DNA of 64,000 bases from the human T2T-CHM13v2.0 reference genome, Homo sapiens. The notes below the pieces were generated by a model that did no database searches, was not told the DNA's origin, and worked only from the letters and a program-made list of their open reading frames with translations. The stretch lies in assembly GCF_009914755.1 (NCBI RefSeq), contig NC_060925.1; one strand, 5' to 3'. This document shows, in pieces, positions 1 through 19,100 of the stretch; the first letter of the stretch is position 1, and each line of letters starts with the position of its first letter. Position numbers and translations under genes: made by a program.

Positions 1-199
1 GGTGGTGTCATAAATTGGATGGAAAATGATAGATTGTTCACTACAGTGTGTTTGGAACATTATATAGCATTGGTTTACTCTTTCACCAACTGTATCTCCA
101 ATACTGTTGGATCTTTATTTTACATTATGTACACAGTTGAACCAAAGATAGATTAAAGACCTAAAGGTGAATGTGGAACAACATATCAAATAGAATTTA

Positions 200-470
200 T
201 TATGAATATTGGTAACAAATGATAGTGGTATTTATAGTACCTGTGAATTTCATTAGTAGAAATTATAGACATTTTCATGCCACATTAAATTGTTGAAGGT
301 ATGTCATTAATACTTTGAGATTATGGTAATTATTAGATCTACTGACTTGTCTTCTCATTGAATGCTTTGATAAAGTAGTACATGTATTGTTATGTCGCAA
401 ATAAAAATATTTTGATAACAGTCTTTCAATAAATTGGTTTTCTTTGTAATTCCAACTATTTTATTTTATT
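200..470. mobile_element. Ancient hAT-Charlie-like DNA transposon relic, left part (split by the L1)
   Basis: 'ttttgataacagtctttcaataaattggttttctttgtaattcc' resembles the Charlie-family subterminal sequence as I recall it. It continues after the L1 at 6542-6646. Confidence 0.45.
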
Positions 471-728
471 TATTTTATTTTTTTATTGTTAACTTTTTTT
501 AAAAATTTTTTTATTTCTTTATTATTATACTTTAAGTTTTAGGGTACATGTGCACATTGTGCAGGTTAGTTACATACATATACATGTGCCATGCTGGTGT
601 GCTGCACCCACTAACTAGTCATCTAGCATTAGGTATATCTCCCAATGCTATCCCTTCCCCCTCCCCCCACCCCACAACAGTCCCCAGAGTGTGATGTTCC
701 CCTTCCTGTGTCCATGTGATCTCATTGT

Positions 729-4569
<3,841 letters not shown>

Positions 4570-4617
4570 TTATTTTGCTCGTTAGTTGATGCAGTTTCTT
4601 CCTAGTCTCGATGGTCG

Positions 4618-5634
4618 TTACATTTTGGCATGACTTTGCAGCGGCTGGTACCGGTTGTTCCTTTCCACGTTTAGCGCTTCCTTCAGGAGCTCTTTTAGGG
4701 CAGGCCTGGTGGTGACAAAATCTCTCAGCATTTGCTTGTCTGTAAAGTATTTTATTTCTCCTTCACTTATGAAGCTTAGTTTGGCTGGATATGAAATTCT
4801 GGGTTGAAAATTCTTTTCTTTAAGAATGTTGAATATTGGCCCCCACTCTCTTCTGGCTTATAGGGTTTCTGCCGAGAGATCCGTTGTTAGTCTGATGGGC
4901 TTCCCTTTGAGGGTATCCCGACCTTTCTCTCTGGCTGCCCTTAACATTTTTTCCTTCATTTCAACTTTGGTGAATCTGACAATTATGTGTCTTGGTGTTG
5001 CTCTTCTTGAGGAGTATCTTTGTGGTGTTCTCTGTATTTCCTGAATCTGAACGTTGGCCTGCCTTGCTAGATTGGGGAAATTCTCCTGGATAATATCCTG
5101 CAGAGTGTTTTCCAACTTGGTTCCATTCTCCCCATCACTTTCAGGTACACCAATCAGACGTAGATTTGGTCTTTTCACATAGTCCCATATTTCTTGGAGG
5201 CTTTGCTCATTTCCTTTTATTCTTTTTTCTCTAAACTTTCCTTCTCGCTTCATTTCATTCATTTCATCTTCCATTGCTGATACCCTTTCTTCCAGTTGAT
5301 CACATCGGCTCCTGAGGCTTCTGCATTCTTCACGTAGTTCTCGAGCCTTGGTTTTCAGCTCCATCAGCTTCTTTAAGCACTTCTCTGTATTGGTTATTCT
5401 AGTTATACATTCTTCTAAATTTTTTTCAAAGTTTTCAACTTCTTTGCCTTTGGTTTGAATGTCCTCCCATAGCTCAGAGTAATTTGATCGTCTGAAGCCT
5501 TCTTCTCTCAGCTCGTCAAAGTCATTCTCCATCCAGCTTTGTTCCGTTGCTGGTGAGGAGCTGCATTCCTTTGGAGGAGGAGAGGCGCTCTGATTTTTAG
5601 AGTTTCCAGTTTTTCTATTCTGTTTTTTCCCCAT
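4618..5634 (-). pseudogene. L1 ORF1 (RNA-binding chaperone), truncated by a nonsense codon
   Basis: MGKKQNRKTGNSK start. Ends at LSAETL* (4858-4860) where canonical ORF1p continues QARREW, giving 258 aa instead of 338. Confidence 0.95.
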
Positions 5635-6541
5635 CTTTGTGGTTTTATCTACTTTTGGTCTTTGATGATGGTGATGTACGGATGGGTTTTTGGTGTGGAT
5701 GTCCTTTCTGTTTGTTAGTTTTCCTTCTAACAGACAGGACCCTCAGCTGCAGGTCTGTTGGAGTACCCTGCAGTGTGAGGTGTCAGTGTGCCCCTGCTGG
5801 AGGGTGCCTCCCAGTTAGTCTGCTCGGGGGTCAGGGGTCAGGGACCCACTTGAGGAGGCAGTCTGCCCCTTCTCACGTCTCCAGCTGCATACTGGGAGAA
5901 CCACTGCTCTCTTCAAAGCTGTCAGACAGGGACATTTAAGTCTGCAGAGGTTACTGCTGTCTTTTTGTTTGTCTGTGCCCTGCCCCCAGAGGTGGAGCCT
6001 ACAGAGGCAGGCAGGCCTCCTTGAGCTGTGGTGGGCTCCACCCAGTTCGAGCTTCCCGGCTGCTTTGTTTACCTAAGCAAGCCTGGGCAATGGCGGGCGC
6101 CCCTCCCCCAGCCTCGCTGCCGCCTTGCAGTTTGATCTTAGACTGCTGTGCTAGCAATCAGCGAGACTCCATGGGGTAGGACCCTCGGAGCCAGGTGAGG
6201 GATATAATCTCGTGGTGCGCCGTTTTTTAAGCCCGTCGGAAAAGCGCAGTATTCGGGTGGGAGTGACCCGATTCTCCAGGTGCGGTCCGTCACCCCTTTC
6301 TTTGATTAGGAAAGGGAACTCCCTGACCCCTTGCACTTCCCGAGTGAGGCAATGCTTCGCCCTGCTTCGGCTCGTGCACGATGCGCGCACACACTGTCCT
6401 GTGCCCACTGTCTGGCACTCCCTAGTGAGATGAACCCGGTACCTCAGATGGAAATGCAGAAATCACCCGTCTTCTGCGTTGCTCAGGCTGGGAGCTGTAG
6501 ACTGGAGCTGTTCCTATTCGGCCATCTTGGCTCCTGCCACT
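5635..6541 (-). promoter_or_regulatory. L1 5'UTR internal sense promoter plus antisense promoter; CpG-rich; YY1 site
   Basis: YY1 motif cggccatcttg at 6519-6529 (+), near the L1 5' end; many retained CpGs at 6050-6530. Confidence 0.85.
6090..6305 (+). pseudogene. L1 antisense ORF0, disrupted
   Basis: ATG at 6090 reads MAGAPPPASLPPCSLILDCCASNQRDSMG* (stop 6177-6179, apparent 1-nt deletion). The remainder VVRRFLSPSEKRSIRVGVTRFSRC lies in another frame. Confidence 0.8.
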
Positions 6542-6646
6542 CAACTATATTATTTTATTATTTAAGGGCAATGTTTTGAGTAGTCCATACGCTCTATCAG
6601 ACTATCAAAGGGGTCCATGGCACTAAAACAAGGTTCAGAAATTCTG
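6542..6646. mobile_element. hAT-Charlie-like relic, right part and terminus
   Basis: 'caaaggggtccatggcactaaaacaaggttcagaaattctg' resembles a Charlie-family terminal sequence. Confidence 0.5.
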
Positions 6647-6659
6647 AGAAAGAGGAAGT

Positions 6660-7430
6660 GATCTGTAGGTCAGATACTAACGAAAGGTCAAGTGAGATGA
6701 GGACTGCAAAGGAGACATCAGATTTGGCTGCCATTACAATAATTATGTTAGAGAGTCCCTATTTTAGGGGTGAAGGTGGAGGCAAAATCTGGATTAGAGT
6801 GAGATGAGAAGTGAATCCAATAGAGGGCATGCAAATAAGGAAGTCAACTATTTATTTGGCAGTAAAGGGAAATAACTGGTAGACAAAGGGAGTAACAGGA
6901 TCAAGAAGAAAATGAAGAAAAAAATGAATGTACTTATAAGCAGAAGGCAAGAATCTGGTGGAAAGGGAGGGGTTGAGAGGAGAGGAGAGAGGATGATGGA
7001 GGACATGAGGTCTTAGACAACACAGGATGGAAGAAAATGGAGAACTTGGAGGGATTCGTCTCAGACCAGGGTTGATGGGCACAATGGGCTCAAATTTAGA
7101 TAAATTAGAGGAAAAAGGAAAAGGACATGAAGGACTTTCAACTTTTGCTGGCTTCTCCCCCCTCTCCAACCCCCATCTCCCAAAAATGTTGAGGGCAGGG
7201 ATGATTTATGGGCTTTGTGCTTAAGAGTATGAAGGTGTATAAAAGCTGGTGTGGAGTATGGTAAGGTTGCTGAGTAGAGATGAGGAAAGGACTGCAGAGC
7301 AGGTCTAGGGGATCTAGTGGTCAGAAACCACTCAGTTGTAATAAAGCCAACACACCCAAAGTGAGAAAAGAGGTGAACAGCTAAGAGCAACTGCGAGTTG
7401 AACTCAGGAGAGCAGTTAAAAGAGACTGAC
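6660..7430 (-). mobile_element. L2 LINE relic
   Basis: Purine-rich 'ggtcaagtgagatgaggactg...gatttggc...gagaagtgaat' typical of antisense L2; boundaries approximate. Confidence 0.55.
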
Positions 7431-7436
7431 CTGGAA

Positions 7437-7437
<1 letters not shown>

Positions 7438-7480
<43 letters not shown>
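7438..7480. repeat. (TG)n microsatellite
   Basis: About 20 alternating purine-pyrimidine dinucleotides. Confidence 0.98.
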
Positions 7481-7482
<2 letters not shown>

Positions 7483-7514
7483 GCTACGCAATTCATTTCC
7501 TGTGAAGAAAGTAA

Positions 7515-7880
7515 GCATATACACCATGGAATACTATGCAGCCATAAAAAATGATGAGTTCATGTCTTTGCAGAGACATGGGTGAAACTGGAAACTATCA
7601 TTCTCAGCAAACTAACACAGGAACAGAAAACCAAACACCACATGTTCTCACTAGTAAGTCGTAGTTGAACAGTGAGAACACATGGACACAGGGAGGGGAA
7701 CATCACACACTGGGGCCTGTCGGAGGGTTGGGGGGCTAGGGGAGGGATAGCATTAAGATAAATATCTAATGTAGTTGACGGGTTGATGGGTGCAGCAAAC
7801 CACCATGGCACGTGTATACCTATGTAACAAACCTGCATGTTCTGCACATGTATCCCAGAGCTTAAAGTATAATAAAAAAA
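7515..7880 (+). mobile_element. 5'-truncated L1PA7/8-like 3' end
   Basis: ORF2 end plus 3'UTR ('ctaacacaggaacagaaaacc', 'gacgggttgatgggtgcagcaaaccacc') and A tail. Confidence 0.92.
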
Positions 7881-8070
7881 GAGAAAGGTGCTTAATCAAT
7901 GGTAACATTCTTTTTCTATATCATGTTTAAAAGCTTTCATCTTAAAAAAATTCTTGGGAGGTTTTATGCCTTATGTCCTCCTTGTTTCAGTTCTGTATTT
8001 GTTCTTTTAGTTCTCAGCTATATAGAATGTTCAAGAGTGCCTAGAGAAGGTGACGGAAGCCTGGCATATC

Positions 8071-8126
8071 TTATTTTTTCTTTTTCTTTTTCTTCTTCTT
8101 CTTATTATACTCTAAGTTTTAGGGTA
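8071..8126 (-). mobile_element. Extremely truncated L1PA terminus (25 nt plus degenerate tail)
   Basis: 8102-8126 'ttattatactctaagttttagggta' matches the L1PA 3' terminus at 521-546 with one mismatch; T-rich tail on its left. Confidence 0.7.
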
Positions 8127-9794
8127 GGGAAGAGCATAATCACTTACAAACAGCAAAATCTCCTAATTTTATGCTATATTTAGCAGTTAAATAGAATTTT
8201 TTCCTATTTGGAAGTGCTCTTATTTATTTGTCTTTTGATTAAAAGTAATAAAACACAAAAATCTTAGGAATAACTGGCGTTTTAGTTTTAGAAAATAAAT
8301 TCACCATTTGACACCAGTGAGTTAAAAACAATTTACTTGTTAATAAACCGATGAAAAATCCTGTAAAAATTGTGATAAAATTTATGTTCCATTTTAATTT
8401 ATTTGTTCCTACAATAGAGGAAACAAAACACATTAAAATCTTTTGCTTAATGTATTGATTTTGTATTTTAAATGCAAAATAGAAAACGTAAAAATTAATT
8501 GAAATGGAAAAAAGAAGAATGCAGAAACTGGAGCCAACCATCTATTTTACATAAGCTTTGTGTAAAAGAAAGTGAAGACTAAGAATCCATCTGGAGATGC
8601 TAAAGAAAGACCAATTTTTTAGCAGCTGTAAGAGAAACTTTGCTTCAAATGAGAGAGTCCCTTCAAAATGGTCACCTTGGAAAGGTAAGCACTTGTTGTA
8701 ATGATGTTATCCTTACTCACATTATTTATAAAACACTTGTTTTAGAATTTCTTCTGGATGCTATTGCACTTTTGTTTTTTGGTAATGTTTTCAGTAATGG
8801 AAAATATCTTCCTCTGTGGAGGGATGAGTTTGATTTTTAGAAATAGTAAAAGTCCTTCAGAAACAGGTCCATTGAAACAGCAAACAAACTATTCATGGTC
8901 AAAGATAGGAAGCATGACCACAGTGCAATAAGACAAATTTTCTTACATTGGAAAAAAACCAAAACTGCCTGCGATGGTTATGTTGGTTTTGTATGTGAGA
9001 CAAATTAGAAAGGCAGGTAGAATTCAAATTATAGAGGTTTGCATTGCAAAGCAAATGACTTTGAATATAATTTTAAATGCAATGGGAGATTATTTAAAGG
9101 TTTTTGGGCAGTGGAATGACATATATAATAATAATGAAAGTAGGGGAAGTGAATAGTGTGTGAAAAACCAACTCAAATGTCTTTTTGAGATCTAGGACAT
9201 TATGATTTTCTTACAATGTACTGACATAATAACTCTTGTCAGGAAAAGGAAATGATTTGGCGTGATTTATTAGTAAACTGCTATTCTATTCTTTTAGGGT
9301 AGAAAAAATTTGCCTTGATGGAGAGGACAGAAGTGGGAGAGGGGAAAAGAAGGATTAATCAGTGTGACCGTGGGTCATTAATTGATTAAATCACCAGTTA
9401 AATTATTCAGTAATTAATACTTTAAGAATTCTTTTAAAATGGTGCACAACACCTTTTAAAGGGGACTATATATTTTATCTTATTTGTATCTTGGTGTATT
9501 TTCTATAATGCCTAAAATTTAGAAATAATGTTTTATTAGTGATTAGTTGAGTGGTCTTTTACCCTGAACTTTTTTTTCTTTCTGAGAGCATCGACATTCA
9601 CTTGGTTGAATTAGAAACTTCTGAGTTATTCTAAACACTTTACTTTTCTATGCCATCCACATTAAATATACAATAAAGTCCTACTTTGCCACAATATCAC
9701 TGCCTTATTTTAGGTAATCATAAATTGCGTATAAACTGTAACAGCTTTCTAATTGATCTTTTAAAATACCATCTCAATACCCTTTGATATGTAT

Positions 9795-10192
9795 TGGTTA
9801 ATTCATTTAATCATGCACAAAATTAACAAATGGCTTCTATACCAGGTACTGTGTTGGGTTCTGGGTATACCATAACAAAAAAAGTAGACAGCATCCCTGC
9901 TTTCATAGATTTATAATTTAGTGGGAATATGGGTATAAACTTAAAAATGATTATGAAATGTAATCAATGCTAGGAAAAGACGGGGATGAGGGGGAACACA
10001 GTGTAGCCACATTAATCTTTCTAAAGATAAATCTGACTATGCTTTAAATCTTGCATTTATTTCCAATTGCCTGCAGGATTAAATCTAGACTATTTAAAAT
10101 TGCTCACAAGTAACCGTATGTTTGAACCCTAATATCTAGCACAGTATCAAACTCATAGAGGGTCAATGAGTATTAGTGGAATGAATGAATGA
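9795..10192. mobile_element. Two oppositely oriented L2 3'-end relics
   Basis: 'attcatttaatc...accaggtactgtgttgggttctggg' (minus) and 'tctagcacagt...gaatgaatgaatga' (plus). Confidence 0.55.
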
Positions 10193-11124
10193 TAAAACTT
10201 AAAAATGGTTTAAAGACAATTCTGCACTTACTTGCATTAATAAAATTTGTTAGTTTTGAAACAGATTGCCAAATACTTTATGAAAGGGAAAATAATGTTT
10301 CCATCACTGTTTGAGCCCAGATTGCTTTTAGAATTATGTTTTTTATTATTGAAAACACTGCTATAATTTTAATGGAAATATCAGAATGTCCTATTACTAT
10401 AAAGCGTAAAGCCTTGCTTTTTTGTGTGTGGCAGGAGAAGTCTGTAGCAAGGGTAGTGAAAAACAGATTGACATTTGGTCATTATTTCTTATCAAGGGTG
10501 TTTTACTTGTAATGCTATTTGACAGCTATATTCTAGGTCTGACAGCATTGAACCAGCTTAATTCCCACTGAACTGCTCTAAATAGGCAGTATTGCAATCA
10601 GTTTAACAACCCCTGGAGGCAATAAAATCTCTCCTTTGAACGAATACTCAAGGGGAAGAAATCTAAGATTTATAAAGGGCAGCAAGTATTCAAGAAAGGG
10701 GCAAAGTTTATGTGTGAGCCTATAATTGATGTTTCCTTTGTTGGAAAAGAAAGCTTGAGGATGCTTTAAGAATTAATCTTTAACAAGTTCTAATCTGCAC
10801 TAACAAGTGTGTTCAAGATGAGTGAAAGAGATATGTGATTCTGAGAATAGAGTTGCTTCCAGCCAACTAAGAAAATTTGGAGGGGTCATAAAAGTATGAG
10901 AAAGAAACTTTAAAATTAAACTGGATGACTTTAGCTTCATCTCTTTGAGGTCTGTGCCAGAGGGTTGCCATTGCTACAGACTGTGTTGATTATGCTTTAC
11001 GATTGGCTCGTGGTTTGTACTTGCCTAATATATATGAACCTGTATGAAGAAATTTCCAGACAAATATAAAATCATCCTCATTCTAAATGAGCTTGGCTGT
11101 TTATCTTCTGTTGGTGGTAATTTA

Positions 11125-11470
11125 GTTAAACAGTTTAAGCAGGATTTACATTAAGATAGTCCTAGGTTTAAATCTCTGTTCCCACCACGGCTAGCTGTGG
11201 TGGAACACCCTGTCCTTGGGGATGTTATGCTATTATTCACAGCTATCTCATCTGCAAAATGAGGGTGAAGTTCCTATGGACTGGGGAGGTTTGGAAGTAT
11301 GTAGCTCAGGAGAAGCGTTTTATTCATTCTGAACCAAGGAGTAATAGCTGGTTTAAATGAGGTCTTACTATGTGCTAAACAGCTATGCTAAGGCCTTTAA
11401 ACTGCTAGATCCTCACAGTAACCATATAATGTAGGTACAATAGTATAGTACAAAGAATGCTCTGAGGTTG
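11125..11470. mobile_element. MIR relics (plus, then minus)
   Basis: 'cctaggtttaaatctctgttcccacc...ctcatctgcaaaatgagg' and 'cctcacagtaaccatataatgtaggtac'. Confidence 0.5.
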
Positions 11471-11526
11471 GGGGATATTAGGAGAAATAGGTCAAAATAC
11501 GTAACCAACCTGTTATTTTTCAAACA

Positions 11527-11600
11527 CCTGTGCTCAAGCAATCCTCTTACCTTAGCCTCCCAAAGTGCTTAGATTACAGGCATGAAGTCACCATGCCAGG
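11527..11600 (-). mobile_element. Alu left-arm fragment (AluJ/FLAM-like)
   Basis: 'ctcaagcaatcctcttaccttagcctcccaaagtgct...ccatgccagg'. Confidence 0.8.
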
Positions 11601-11684
11601 TACTTGTTACTTATGTCTCCAGGACTTAATTGCTAGGGAAGTAACTTTGTCCTTGTCAGTGGAACCCACGAAGCTTGGTGCTGA

Positions 11685-12966
<1,282 letters not shown>

Positions 12967-12974
12967 CCATATCT

Positions 12975-13300
12975 GTTTCTTTACTTCTGAGCATATGAGA
13001 GGATTGCACCTTCACACCTTCTTGAATTTAGGTTTGGCCACGGTTTGATGTGGCTGATAATTTGTGAGCAGAAAGGACATATGTAATTTCTGCATTCAAG
13101 TCCCTCTCTCTCTTCCTCCGCCTTGGCAATTCTGAAAGCTTGTGTTGATATGGAGGAGTAATGGTGAATCAATGTACGGAGGGCAGCTGCCATGGAGAGT
13201 TACTGAAACACACAATAGGCATTGCATGTGTGAGAGACATGGCTTTGCTGCCTTTTAGCTAGTGAGATTTTTGGGGTTGTTGGTTACTGCAACCACTGAT
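12975..13300 (+). mobile_element. MLT1 (ERVL-MaLR) LTR relic containing the right arm of the inverted repeat
   Basis: 'ttttagctagtgagatttttggggttgttggttactgca' is an MLT1-type 3' end. Confidence 0.65.
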
Positions 13301-13644
13301 ACAGTCACTGCTGGGCCATTGGCTTGCTTCCTTATCTGTCTATAGGTGTGACTGAAGAAAACAATTGTCTTGTTCATCATTCTATCCCCAGAGCCTTGTT
13401 ATGGGACTGTCTGACATATGGAAGGCAACTAATAAATCATTCATGCAATGAAATAATGATTCTACATCAAGGAAGGATCTATCTGAAGATTTAATTTCCA
13501 CAGTAGTAGAACCCTTGGCATGGCTCTGATGTGAGATAAAGTGATAAAAAAAATTATTTGAGATGAAAAATGATAATGGTTCTGTATCTAAACTTTAGAA
13601 AATAATTTCTTTAGAAAAAAGAAAATGTTTTATGATTGAAAGGT

Positions 13645-13732
13645 AATTATATATATAATTGTATATTATATATATAATGTATATTATATATATTATGTGT
13701 GTGTGTGTATATATATATATATATACACACAC
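13645..13732. repeat. Compound (TA)n/(TG)n/(CA)n microsatellite
   Basis: Directly visible. Confidence 0.9.
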
Positions 13733-13847
13733 AAGAAATAAAATGCATACTTATCTTTTATTTGTGGATAAATAACAACAGTAAAATGTTCCAGGAACTG
13801 GAGTAAAAGGCCTGTAATATGAAGTCACATGAAAACAACTATTGCTA

Positions 13848-16079
<2,232 letters not shown>

Positions 16080-16119
16080 GGCTCCTCTTTTTCTACCTGT
16101 ACTAGATTCTTCTTTTTAC

Positions 16120-16672
16120 TCTGTATAACTCTTTCATGCTTCCAAGTATCATCTACCTGACAATGACTTCCAAATCTAGACCTTTGTGCAAAATCAGTCT
16201 CTTGAGCTCCACACCTTTTTATCCAGCTGCCTGTTGGACAGTACTCACTGGCTATCTACAGGCACCTCAGGCACATCAGATTCAAAACAGAGACAATTAT
16301 TGTTTCTTCCAAACATGCTTTTTTTCCCCTATGTTTCATGTACCAGGAAAAGGCACTGTTAGCCAACTAGAATCTTAGTAGAGATCTCTGACTCTCCTTC
16401 ACCTTTCCTTATCTCCTCCTACTTTCTTTCCTTGGTTAATTCCAGGTCTTGACTTAGATTTCCCTCTTCTCTAGGAGGCGTCTTTAGCCCCTCCTAGCCC
16501 ACAAGTCAGGGCTGTTTTTCCTCTATTTTAGCATTTATTACTTTATTTTCTATTGCCTTTTTACTAGACTCTGAACTCTATGTTGATAGGCAGGGACTGT
16601 GCCTACTTCACAGTTTCATTCCAGTGCCTGGAACATAGCAAATGTTGAATAAATATTAGTGGAATGAATAAT
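16120..16672 (+). mobile_element. L2 3' region relic
   Basis: 'atgacttccaaatcta...ggcacctcag...cagtgcctggaacatag...gaataaatattagtggaatgaat'. Confidence 0.7.
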
Positions 16673-16689
16673 TATAATTTATAATATTT

Positions 16690-17870
16690 GTATACCACTT
16701 TAGGGCATTTCCACATTTGTTATCTTATTTAATCTACATATACAACTGTGAACATGGTGCCATTACATTTTTATTTTACTGATGAAGAAAAATGGGGCTC
16801 AAAACATTTAAGTGGTTTTATCCAAATCATCCACCCATAAGTGGCAGAGTGGGAAATCTCACTTTTTTTGGTATTTATCTCACAGCATGTTGTCTTTCCA
16901 AGGAAATTTGTCCTGGGCTTTCACTGGCTTGAGGCTGCAAGGTCTCCATAAAGTGCTTTTGATTTTGATCATATTGTTTCTTGATACTCTTTCATGCTTC
17001 CAAGTATTATCTACCTGACAATGAATCTTCTCTGGAAGTTTCTTAGTGTAATGGTAAAAAAAAGAAGAAAAGAAAAGAAAAGTACAGAAATGCTAGGGCT
17101 AGAATCAGGCTGCATATATTAGAACCCTGTATGTTACCTCTTGTGAGCTTGGGCAAGTTTTATAACTTCTCTAAGCCTTGGTTTTCTCAAAGGGAAAATG
17201 AGAACAGTAGTACCTATCTCACAGGTGCCTTCAAAGAAAGTGCTTAATATAGAGCTTGGCACAGATTTGGTGATTAATCAGTGGTAGATATTATTATGAT
17301 CATCATCATCCCTGTGCTATCAGTCAGTACACCACTATGCAGGACACACGACAGACTCAGGGGTTCCTGTTTCCTGGGGGCAAGTAACGAATGTCATCTT
17401 GGAAGTTGCTATTGCTGATTAACTTGTGCAGACAGGTGTGGAGTTCCAGACCCCTCAGGTTCCCTCCTGCATGACTATACTTGAGGGAAGAATTCAGCCT
17501 TATAGAGTGTTGGTGTGGTTCTAAAGAGGCCAGACTGGGTAGCATTGGAGCCCGTGGGCGAGTTCCTGCTCAGAATCTGGAGATGCAAATTTGAGAGAGG
17601 AGTGGAGGAAGGTATGTTGTGCTTAGACGGGAAAACGAAAGTAGGGTTGTCCAGTAAGGAAGGAGAAGTAAAACCTAAATGAAGCCAAAAAAACTTTTAG
17701 ATAGGTTATAGTGATTGATTGGTTAGTATGTGTCAGGTGCTTATGTACATTAAATTATTTCTTTATAACAACCTAGTCAATTGTGATATTATTCCTGTTT
17801 CGTATTTGAAGAAACTGAGGCTTAGAAAGGGTAAGTCACTTGCCCAAAATCTCACAGATGGAATCAAAAG
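16690..17870. mobile_element. Three MIR relics (minus about 16690-16860, plus about 17090-17300, minus about 17730-17870)
   Basis: MIR cores 'ttttactgatgaagaaaaatgggg', 'cttgggcaagttttataacttctctaagccttggttttctc' and 'gaagaaactgaggcttagaaagggtaagtcacttgccc'. Confidence 0.65.
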
Positions 17871-18024
17871 GAGAGCATATCAGGAGTGCAGGAACAGAGC
17901 TGGAAGTAGAGGTAATAAGCTGCTTGAACATGATGCTCTGTCGAACACCGCTGTGGAAGACACTGTTGTTTCTGTGGGTTGTACTGATGAGTTTATGTGC
18001 CTGCTCCTGCTCAGGTGATCCCTT

Positions 18025-18215
18025 AAGGAAGCTGACAAACCTGGCTGCACATCACATTTCCCTGGGAGCTTGTCAATGTACAGATTCCTAGGCTGCATTC
18101 GCGCATATGCTTATGCAGTAGGTCTCAGATAGGTGCACCAAATCCATGTTTTTAACAATCACCCCAGATAATTCTGAATCACCTGGTCCCCTGGCTTATA
18201 TTTAGAAAGTATTCC
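18025..18215. mobile_element. MER5-like hAT MITE
   Basis: 'ggctgcacatcacatttccctgggagctt...tttttaacaatcaccccagataattctga'. Confidence 0.55.
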
Positions 18216-19100
18216 ATTAAAGCCACCCACAGCTGGAGGCAATATGTGGTCTTTATGTAGCATTCTGACAAGTTAGCAATGGTAGCCCTAGCTAAAGAAT
18301 CTGTTAATTACCCAGTTCTGGCAGGGGAAGGGTTGAAACTATGCCAAGAAATTCCCTTGGCTTCCCAAATTCCAGGCTTCAGAATAAAACCTGGATTAAT
18401 AGATGCACACATAGAATGCAACATGGCAGTAATTCAAGCTGTAAAATATGTTCTTGTTAAATCGCCTTTATTCATAGAATGCTGCTGATCTGTTAGGTTA
18501 GCTTAAAATCCTGAATATTGGGTTTGAGGTTCTCAGCAATCATTTGTGTTCTGCATGAGTAAAGAAGCAATAAGCATTTTGTCTGCAGCAAGCTAAATCA
18601 TCCTGAGGGAGCAGTTTACATCATTAGAATGTAATGAAATAAGTTGTCACCAGCAGCTGCCAACGATATTTCTGGTGACAAAAGGTTATGTTTAGCAGAC
18701 ATTTTCAGAGTTATATTTACTTTTGTGCATGGAGGGAGGCCAGGTATGCTGGCAGAGTGACTTTCTTTTTGATTTCATGTACTTTTTTTTGGAATAAATT
18801 TTATTATGTATATTTGAGTTTTACAACATGATGTTTTGGGTTTTGTACACATAATAAAATAGTTACTGTAGTGTGAAGCAGATTAACATATCTATCATCT
18901 CACATAGTTACTTCTTTTTGGTGACAAGAGCAGCTAAAATCCATTATACCTGTTTTAAAAATCCCTAATACAATACAATTCTATTAACTTTAGTCCTCAT
19001 GCCGTACATTGGATCTATAAACTTGTTCATCCCACATATGTGCTATTTTGTATCTTTTGCTCTACATTTTCTTATTTCCTCCCCATTCACAAGCATGTGG

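Noticed and set aside
6815-6832. CTCF-like 'ccaatagagggcatg'
   Set aside because: Mismatches at informative positions and located in a degraded L2; too weak without ChIP data.
12981-13193. 70-aa ORF apparently paralogous to part of the 394-aa ORF (MAAAL...AEEEREGLE)
   Set aside because: The similarity is simply the DNA inverted duplication of LTR sequence; no evidence of coding.
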